Positions 57,759 to 64,000 of a DNA stretch of 64,000 nt are shown here, piece by piece. The notes under the pieces are model-generated. The model had not been told where the DNA came from. It searched no databases and saw only the letters and a list, made by a program, of their open reading frames with translations. Both the position numbers and the translations under genes were made by a program. The DNA comes from an uncultured Dehalococcoidales bacterium (GTDB lineage Bacteria > Chloroflexota > Dehalococcoidia > Dehalococcoidales > GCA-2688105). The stretch covers positions 7,247-71,246 of the forward strand of contig CAZCLE010000003.1 of the NCBI GenBank assembly GCA_964499445.1. Direction: 5' to 3'. Within the stretch, counting starts at the first letter, position 1; every line of letters starts with the position of its first letter.

Positions 57759-59614
57759 CTAAATTCCTGCCCCATTATACCACTCGCTTTTTGATTTTCA
57801 ATAAATAGGCGGTGCCAGATTTCGAATATAAGAATACTCCATAGCTTTTGAGCATTGAGGAAATTCATATTGTAACTACCTCTGGACTTCTGGAACCTGG
57901 TTAGTAGATTTGAAATATACTCCTGGTTATAGTAATCATGTTTTGACTGGTGAAGTAATTGGTCTAAGGTATCCCTTAACGAGTGCCTGAACCAGTAATC
58001 GGCGGGCACATTAAAGCCGTGTTTTCTTCGGTTTATTATCCGGTCAGGCACTAATCCGGCCATTGCTTTCCTGAAGATATACTTGCCCGTCAGTCCTTTC
58101 AATTTCAGCCGTGTTGGAATGGTAAAGGCAAACTCGGCGATGTTGTGGTCCAGGATAGGCACCCTTTCTTCTACAGCATGCGCCATCGTCATCTTATCGG
58201 CTTTAATAAAGAAGTCGTTGGGAAGCCAGGTTTTTATGCCGAAGCAAAGCAATTTATTTAATAGCTTAGCGTCATCAGGGAAGTAATTATTCAGATTGCT
58301 GTCCGGCTTGAAATTACCTAGTTTCCTTAGTTCGTCTTCATTAAACAGGGATATCACACTTAAATACTGTTCAGCCTCGCTATTGGCAGCGAGCAGATTT
58401 AAGGCACGTCTCACATTGCTACTCTCGGGGAAGTAGTTGCCGATAAAGGGAAAAAGGTGATGGTTGAGGAAGCCGGGGAGTAACTTGGAAAGATTATGCC
58501 CCACCATCATAATCTTATAATTATCATATCCGGCAAATAGCTCATCGCCACCCTCTCCCGCCAGGACTACGGTTACTTCCTTTTTGGCGAACCTGGAGAG
58601 GACATAGGTGGGCAGGGTAGCGGCATCACCTATCGGTTCATCCATGTGCCAGACCATTTCCGGCAGCAGGTTCAGGTCTTTTTCGCCAACATTAAATTCA
58701 TGATGTTCAGTTCCGAAGTATCGGGACACAAATCTAGCATACTCCAGTTCATCTTCACCCTCAGCGCCAAAGCCGACCGAGAATGTCTTTATGTGGTCGG
58801 TCAATTCGCTCATTAAAGCTACGACGCAGGTCGAGTCCAGACCACCGCTCAGGTAGACGCCCAAGGGGACATCGCTCATTAAGCGCTGTTTCACTGAGCT
58901 TCTAAGTAACTCTCGCAGTTTTTCAATATAATACTCCTCAGGTTCATCAGTAATATTCTCTACCAAGTCCCAGTATTTAGAGGTCTGAATTTTCCCATCT
59001 TTAAGGAGCAAGATATGTCCGGGTAGCAGCTTATAAATGTTCTCCATCAATGTTCTCTGGCTGGGAACATACCTATAGGTAAAGAACTCGTTTAATGCGG
59101 TTAAGTTTATATTTCTGGTAATGCCTTCATATTCCAGGATTGCTTTCAGTTCCGAGGCGAAGACAAACTTATTACCTTTGATGTAATAATACAGGGGCTT
59201 TATTCCCAACCTATCCCTGGCTAGGAAGAGTCGCTTTTGGTTAAGGTCCCAGATGGCGAAGGCAAATATACCCTCGAGGTGGTCAACACAGCCAGTATCG
59301 TATTCTTCGTAGGCATGTACGATGACCTCGGTATCACTATTGGTATAGAAGCGATGACCCCTCTGAATCAGGCTTGCTTTCAATTCCAGGTAGTTGTATA
59401 TGGCACCATCAAATACTATCTGAATGGAACCGTCTTGGTTGTGGATAGGCTGTTTCCCGGTAAGCAGGTCAATTACCTTCAGCCTTTGATGACCTAATGA
59501 TACATGCTCGTCTAAATAACAGCCCGATTCATCAGGACCCCTATGTTTAACCGCAGCCATCATTTTGCTAAGCAATTTCTCATCCTGCCAGTTAAAGCCA
59601 ACAATGCCACACAT
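57755..59614 (-). CDS. asnB: Asparagine synthase (glutamine-hydrolysing)-like amidotransferase
   Basis: N-terminal MCGIVG, HRGPD, LSGGLDS, GEGGDELFAGY, ERVPILD. Confidence 0.92.
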   Translation of the reverse strand: MCGIVGFNWQDEKLLSKMMAAVKHRGPDESGCYLDEHVSLGHQRLKVIDLLTGKQPIHNQDGSIQIVFDGAIYNYLELKASLIQRGHRFYTNSDTEVIVHAYEEYDTGCVDHLEGIFAFAIWDLNQKRLFLARDRLGIKPLYYYIKGNKFVFASELKAILEYEGITRNINLTALNEFFTYRYVPSQRTLMENIYKLLPGHILLLKDGKIQTSKYWDLVENITDEPEEYYIEKLRELLRSSVKQRLMSDVPLGVYLSGGLDSTCVVALMSELTDHIKTFSVGFGAEGEDELEYARFVSRYFGTEHHEFNVGEKDLNLLPEMVWHMDEPIGDAATLPTYVLSRFAKKEVTVVLAGEGGDELFAGYDNYKIMMVGHNLSKLLPGFLNHHLFPFIGNYFPESSNVRRALNLLAANSEAEQYLSVISLFNEDELRKLGNFKPDSNLNNYFPDDAKLLNKLLCFGIKTWLPNDFFIKADKMTMAHAVEERVPILDHNIAEFAFTIPTRLKLKGLTGKYIFRKAMAGLVPDRIINRRKHGFNVPADYWFRHSLRDTLDQLLHQSKHDYYNQEYISNLLTRFQKSRGSYNMNFLNAQKLWSILIFEIWHRLFIENQKASGIMGQEFR

Positions 59615-59631
59615 ATCTACCTTCCCACCAG

Positions 59632-61713
59632 CTATTTGATAAAGCCACTGACTGAGCCACAATCATAGACTTTATGAAATCCTTGCTCGGTAAGCTCTTG
59701 CCGAGGGTCATAATTCAGCTTGTAGTAACTCCCTGAGCCGGTTCCAAAGGGATGGTTCACAATTTCATCCCTGATGAGAAGCATGCGGGAGGAACACTGA
59801 CCGAAATCCCTGTTTAGCAGACAGGATTGTATCCATTCCAGCTTATTTTTCAACTCAATAGACAACTCCGGCGTGAGCTGGATCCTGGTGTAAAAGCCGT
59901 CGACGCCTATAGTCCCCTCATAATTAGCCGAGACAGTCTGCACCGCCTGCGATTCAGAAGTGGTAAGGGCAAAACGAACAATCTGATTCTTAGAAAAAGT
60001 CCGATTGGTCTGGTTAGAGGGAAAACCTATAATAGACAGGAAGGTCAGGACGAAAACTAAAACTATCACCAAGCTAGCCGTTAAATATCTCTTGTTAAAC
60101 AGCCCAAGTAAGAGAGAAAAAGTTACCGCCAGTGGGATAGATAATAAAATCTCTGCCATATACCACCACCTGTGTTCAATAACGGAACGCCCGATTAGCA
60201 TGGGAAAGTAGCCGATGCCCAAAATCAATATCCCAGCTACGGCTATAAAAAAAGTATAATGATTACCAAATCTCCTGGAGAGCATATAAAAGACACCGAT
60301 AAAAGACACGGCGAAAAATAGAAGCATACCCAAACTATTAAATAAGAATTCAAATGGGGCGCTGGAAAGCGTCTCAGTTGCTGGCGGTGCCGTCTCTGGA
60401 GGCGCAGTCTCTGGAGGCGCAGTCTCTGGAGGTGCAGTCTCTGGTGGTGCAGTCTCCGGCGGTGCAGGCTCTGGAGGCGCAGGCTCCGGCGGCGCAGTCT
60501 CTGGTGGTGTAGGCTCTGGAGGCGTAGGCTCTGGTGGTGTAATTCCTGATGGTGCCGAGCCCGGGGCATAGGTAAGCCCTGCGCTGGGCTCAAAACCACG
60601 CTCTACAAACCTGGCTAAACCCTGCATATGTCCGGTACCAAAAGTCCACCAGCCGAGCATAGCAACAATAAAAAGGAGAGCTACAGCTAAAAGGGGAAGA
60701 GTAGCCAATCTCTGTTTAAAGAACTTATTGTAAAATACGAAGCTTAGCCAGAAAGCAAAAAGCAATATAGCCAGCCAGAGCGTAGCTATGGCATGAGTCA
60801 GGAGCAGAGCCACCATGAGCAGCCCGCAAAAGGGGATGACCACGGTTGCCCGGTCTTTGTGGAGCTTGAGGACCAGATAGATGATGATGACTACCAAAGT
60901 AGCCCCTAGCGCATTGGGGATAGTCCAATAGCCGAAGAAAATATACCAGTTGGCTACTCCCATCAATAAGGCAGCTAGCATACCAATCTTGGCATTAAAC
61001 AGGAGCCTGCCGATGAGGAAGATAAAAAGTGCGTTACAGACCGTCTGCAACAAAGAAATAGAAAACATGGCAGCTAACTTGTAACTCAGTCCGGTTATTA
61101 GTGAGGTTGCCCCGATGGTAAGGTGCATAATCGGTAACTGCTGGTAAACACCGCCTTCAATGTGTCCTGCATTTATCCACCCCACTGTAGTTAGCCGATG
61201 TATCCAGGTGTCCATTCCGACTATGTCGGGGAAGAGAAGAAGGACTGACCATTGCAAGCTTAAGGCAATAAGGATTATTTGCAACAAAGTAAACGGTGTC
61301 CGTGAGTTTTTAGACGGTAGAAACAATATCTTAGCTGCCAAAATGGCACTCATAGCGGCTATTAAGATGAAGTATTCCAGGGGTCTTACGTACGGCTCAG
61401 GTCTGAAAGTAAAAGACCACAAGCTATAGGTAAAAAGGGCAAAGAATACGATGTCTAAGAGCAATAGGATAGATGGCGTAGCTTCAAAATTTAGGATGGA
61501 AGGAATATCTGATAACCTCCGGCGCTGTTTCAAGACCAAGTAAGTAGCACAAGCGACAAAGGCGAGGATAGCAGTGATGGTGTAGGTAGGGCTTCCTATA
61601 TGTATTTGGAGATAGGCGATTAAAACGAGGGAGAAAATAGCGCCGATTAAAGCTAGAACGCTATCTAGATTGTCTCTGATGAAGGGTAACACTTTACTTC
61701 TAGAGTTCACCAT
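59632..61713 (-). CDS. Multi-pass membrane protein (possible GT-C-like / glycan-related) with internal Pro-rich repeat
   Basis: More than 12 hydrophobic segments; GMDTWIH loop; first gene of the glycan cluster; family not confirmed. Confidence 0.65.
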   Translation of the reverse strand: MVNSRSKVLPFIRDNLDSVLALIGAIFSLVLIAYLQIHIGSPTYTITAILAFVACATYLVLKQRRRLSDIPSILNFEATPSILLLLDIVFFALFTYSLWSFTFRPEPYVRPLEYFILIAAMSAILAAKILFLPSKNSRTPFTLLQIILIALSLQWSVLLLFPDIVGMDTWIHRLTTVGWINAGHIEGGVYQQLPIMHLTIGATSLITGLSYKLAAMFSISLLQTVCNALFIFLIGRLLFNAKIGMLAALLMGVANWYIFFGYWTIPNALGATLVVIIIYLVLKLHKDRATVVIPFCGLLMVALLLTHAIATLWLAILLFAFWLSFVFYNKFFKQRLATLPLLAVALLFIVAMLGWWTFGTGHMQGLARFVERGFEPSAGLTYAPGSAPSGITPPEPTPPEPTPPETAPPEPAPPEPAPPETAPPETAPPETAPPETAPPETAPPATETLSSAPFEFLFNSLGMLLFFAVSFIGVFYMLSRRFGNHYTFFIAVAGILILGIGYFPMLIGRSVIEHRWWYMAEILLSIPLAVTFSLLLGLFNKRYLTASLVIVLVFVLTFLSIIGFPSNQTNRTFSKNQIVRFALTTSESQAVQTVSANYEGTIGVDGFYTRIQLTPELSIELKNKLEWIQSCLLNRDFGQCSSRMLLIRDEIVNHPFGTGSGSYYKLNYDPRQELTEQGFHKVYDCGSVSGFIK
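60376..60540 (-). repeat. 11 x 15-bp coding tandem repeat, (T/A)PP(E/A)(P/T)
   Basis: TPPEP TPPEP TPPET APPEP APPEP APPET x5 APPAT. Confidence 0.92.
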
Positions 61714-61921
61714 GTCTCCTGGTTATCTTCCGTGTATAGGTTTAGGCTGCCTCTAACCGGTATTAGCTGGAATTATGAACCATGCGTGGGTTAGTGTCAA
61801 CAATTAGCGCTAGGAGCCATCTACCTGTGTTTTACTTGAAAGGGGGTAGTAGGTGTCAGAGGGATGGCTCTGGGTTTGTGGTAAAACCACGCCTTCTTCT
61901 TGATTCTCTTTTGAGCTCGTC

Positions 61922-63379
61922 CTAGCCTTTTATCACCCCTATGGGTCTACTCCGGGCGACGATTCGGGAGATGCCCACATTATGCGCCACATTGACCACA
62001 GTGCTTACATCCTTATAAGCCTGGGAGGCTTCCTCAGCCAGGCCTTTTAGGCTGCCGGCCCTGATGGTTATGCCTCGAGATTCAAGGTCCCTGCGTACCT
62101 CGTCACCCCTAAGCTCACGCTTGGCGGCAGCGCGGCTCTTGACTCTACCGGCGCCGTGACAGGTGGAACCGAAGCTCTCTTTCATTGCCTGCTCTGTCCC
62201 CACCAGTATATAGGAGAATCGCCCCATGTCCCCGGGGATGAATACCGGCTGGCCAATGCGAGCGTATTTGCGGGGGATATCGGGATGGCCGGCAGGGAAA
62301 GCCCGGGTTGCCCCTTTACGATGAACACAAAGCATCTCCTTCTTACCGTCCACTTCGTGCTCTTCTATCTTGGCAATATTGTGGGTAACATCATAGATAA
62401 GCTCCAGCCCAGCCTCTTCTTGGCTCATCCCCATCACCTCGCTGAAGGACTCTCTTACCCAGTGGGCGATGCACTGGCGGTTGGTCCAGGCGTAGTTGGC
62501 GGCACATCTCATTGCTGTCAGGTAGTCCTGCCCCTCCCGAGAATCAAGGGGTGCGCAGGCTAGTTGGCGGTCAGGTAATTCAATTTTATACTTCTTCATG
62601 GCGGTAACCATCTGCTCTATGTAGTCACCGGCAGTCTGATGACCCAACCCTCGGGAGCCGGTATGGACAAGTAGCACAACCTGTCCTATCTGGTCGATAC
62701 CCATATCCTTGGCGATAGCCTTCTCCTGTATTTGGTCAACCACGGCTACCTCGAGAAAGTGATTCCCTGAGCCTAATGTACCTAGCTGAGGTATACCGCG
62801 CTCTTTGGCTTTACTACTGACACAGGCAGGGTCAGCCCCGGCCATCTCGCCGCCTTCTTCGGTAGTCTCCAGGTCATCGGGTCGGCCGTATCCTTTCTCT
62901 ATTGCCCAGCGCGAGCCTTTGACCAATACCTCGTCGATTTCCCCGTGACGCAGCCTAATCTTGCCCTTTGAGCCAAGCCCCGAAGGAACGTTTCTATACA
63001 GAGCGTCGGTAAGCTCCCTTATCTTGGGGCGAACCTCAGCCTCCAGCAAATTTGTCCGCAGCACCCGGACGCCACAGTTAATGTCAAAGCCGACGCCTCC
63101 CGGTGATATTACTCCATCGCTCATTCTCATCGCTGCTACGCCTCCGATGGGGAAACCATAGCCCCAGTGAATGTCGGGCATAGCCAGAGAATAGCCTACA
63201 ATCCCAGGCAGGAAGGCAACATTAGCCACCTGCTCTAGTGACTGCTCCTTTAGTATGTCATTGAGCATTTCCTGATTGGCAAACACTAACCCGTCAACTC
63301 GCATCCCGGGCTTATAGCTTTTTGGTATTCGCCACCGGTAATCGTCTACTTTTTCCAACGGCCCTGTCCACGGACTCAT
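61922..63379 (-). CDS. rtcB: RNA-splicing ligase RtcB
   Basis: PDIHWGYGFPIGG, DINCG, GSGNHF, HTGSRG, HRKGAT, HGAGR; start set at ATG 63379. Confidence 0.95.
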   Translation of the reverse strand: MSPWTGPLEKVDDYRWRIPKSYKPGMRVDGLVFANQEMLNDILKEQSLEQVANVAFLPGIVGYSLAMPDIHWGYGFPIGGVAAMRMSDGVISPGGVGFDINCGVRVLRTNLLEAEVRPKIRELTDALYRNVPSGLGSKGKIRLRHGEIDEVLVKGSRWAIEKGYGRPDDLETTEEGGEMAGADPACVSSKAKERGIPQLGTLGSGNHFLEVAVVDQIQEKAIAKDMGIDQIGQVVLLVHTGSRGLGHQTAGDYIEQMVTAMKKYKIELPDRQLACAPLDSREGQDYLTAMRCAANYAWTNRQCIAHWVRESFSEVMGMSQEEAGLELIYDVTHNIAKIEEHEVDGKKEMLCVHRKGATRAFPAGHPDIPRKYARIGQPVFIPGDMGRFSYILVGTEQAMKESFGSTCHGAGRVKSRAAAKRELRGDEVRRDLESRGITIRAGSLKGLAEEASQAYKDVSTVVNVAHNVGISRIVARSRPIGVIKG

Positions 63380-63391
63380 ATTCCTCACCTC

Positions 63392-63802
63392 CTAGACATC
63401 AAAGATAACCTGAACCCGGTTTCTCTCTCTGTCTACCTTGAGCATATAATAGGTAGCTGACTTCACCCCTAGCTTCAGCTGGTGCCGGGAGGGATTATAT
63501 GTTTCTCCCCAGCAGGTAGCCTTAAGATTGTGCTCCGTAAATTCAGTGATGTCAAATCTTTTGAATAGAAGATACTCCACTTCAAAGATATAAATGAGGT
63601 GATTAAGCCAATTAAACAGCAGGCCCTCAACGTCTTCGGCGCTTACTGCCACCGGGCGTGATTCGCTTCCTCTCACCTTATTAAGTTCGGCAATAATTGA
63701 GAAAAGGCCATAAGCCGCATTGGCAAACGCCTCAGCCAAGCTACTGCCGTGAGCCACTAGCCCGGTATCAGCGGTGTGTTCTATTAGTTGAAACCGTTTC
63801 AT
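63392..63802 (-). CDS. Archease
   Basis: EHTAD N-terminus, LLFNWL.., VKSATYY; adjacent to rtcB. Confidence 0.92.
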   Translation of the reverse strand: MKRFQLIEHTADTGLVAHGSSLAEAFANAAYGLFSIIAELNKVRGSESRPVAVSAEDVEGLLFNWLNHLIYIFEVEYLLFKRFDITEFTEHNLKATCWGETYNPSRHQLKLGVKSATYYMLKVDRERNRVQVIFDV

Positions 63803-63808
63803 TCAAGT

Positions 63809-64000
63809 TCACCCGAGTCCGACTTTTTTCTTGACGATAGTCAAAGTTTTCTCGGCGAGTGGTCGGGCTCTGGATGCTCCTTCGGCAAGCAAGGAGTCGA
63901 TGTATGTTGGGTCGGCGGTAAATTCTCGATAGCGAGACTGCAAGGGGCGTAGGCTGTCAATGATTACCTCTGCCAGTTCTTGCTTGAAATCGGCATAACC
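63809..64000 (-). CDS. trpS: Tryptophanyl-tRNA synthetase, C-terminal part (runs off the window)
   Basis: GYADFKQELAEVII..LRPLQSRY...LAEGASRARPLAEKTL..VKKKVGL*; missed by the ORF track. Confidence 0.88.
   Translation of the reverse strand, partial: GYADFKQELAEVIIDSLRPLQSRYREFTADPTYIDSLLAEGASRARPLAEKTLTIVKKKVGLG

Noticed and set aside
61813-61871. Inverted repeat GAGCCATC/GATGGCTC between rtcB and the glycan cluster
   Set aside because: The 8-bp stem has a long loop and no U-tract, which is compatible with chance or a weak terminator.
654-62563. Many antisense or shifted-frame ORFs in the track (e.g. 27696-28277, 32384-32959, 37435-38094)
   Set aside because: They overlap well-supported genes and have no motifs; they are shadow ORFs.

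Overview
Bacterial chromosomal window of about 50% GC. Gene content and order suggest an anaerobic Dehalococcoidia (Chloroflexota); this is an inference, not a search result. It contains a divergent FAS-II cluster (MaoC-plsX-acpP-fabF-fabG) and housekeeping genes (rsmI, metG, ftsH, rsfS, ndk, tsaBE, thiL, rsmA, ispE, a tRNA nucleotidyltransferase). It also holds tRNA-Gly(CCC), a T-box-controlled trpEG-[foreign ORF]-DCFBA operon, an acyl/aryl-CoA ligase plus Liv-type ABC cluster, a surface-glycan cluster (2x GT4, sulfotransferase, AsnB, Pro-repeat membrane protein), and trpS-archease-rtcB. The best candidate for an undescribed system is 27046-34419. There, a His-less CsoR/CstR-like repressor has a matching operator over the promoter of mvhD-dsrE-tusA-mvhD-hdrA-hdrA-flxC/fdhB-like x2. 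This couples persulfide carriers to an HdrA module with no HdrBC or donor enzyme in the cluster. Also notable are a modular palindromic intergenic repeat family at four loci (with base-pair covariation), a consensus promoter plus perfect 22-bp palindrome in front of a structured tract lacking an intact ORF, and several gene remnants (iorA, TPR, ferredoxin) missed by the ORF track. No CRISPR array, rRNA, integrase or transposase was seen.
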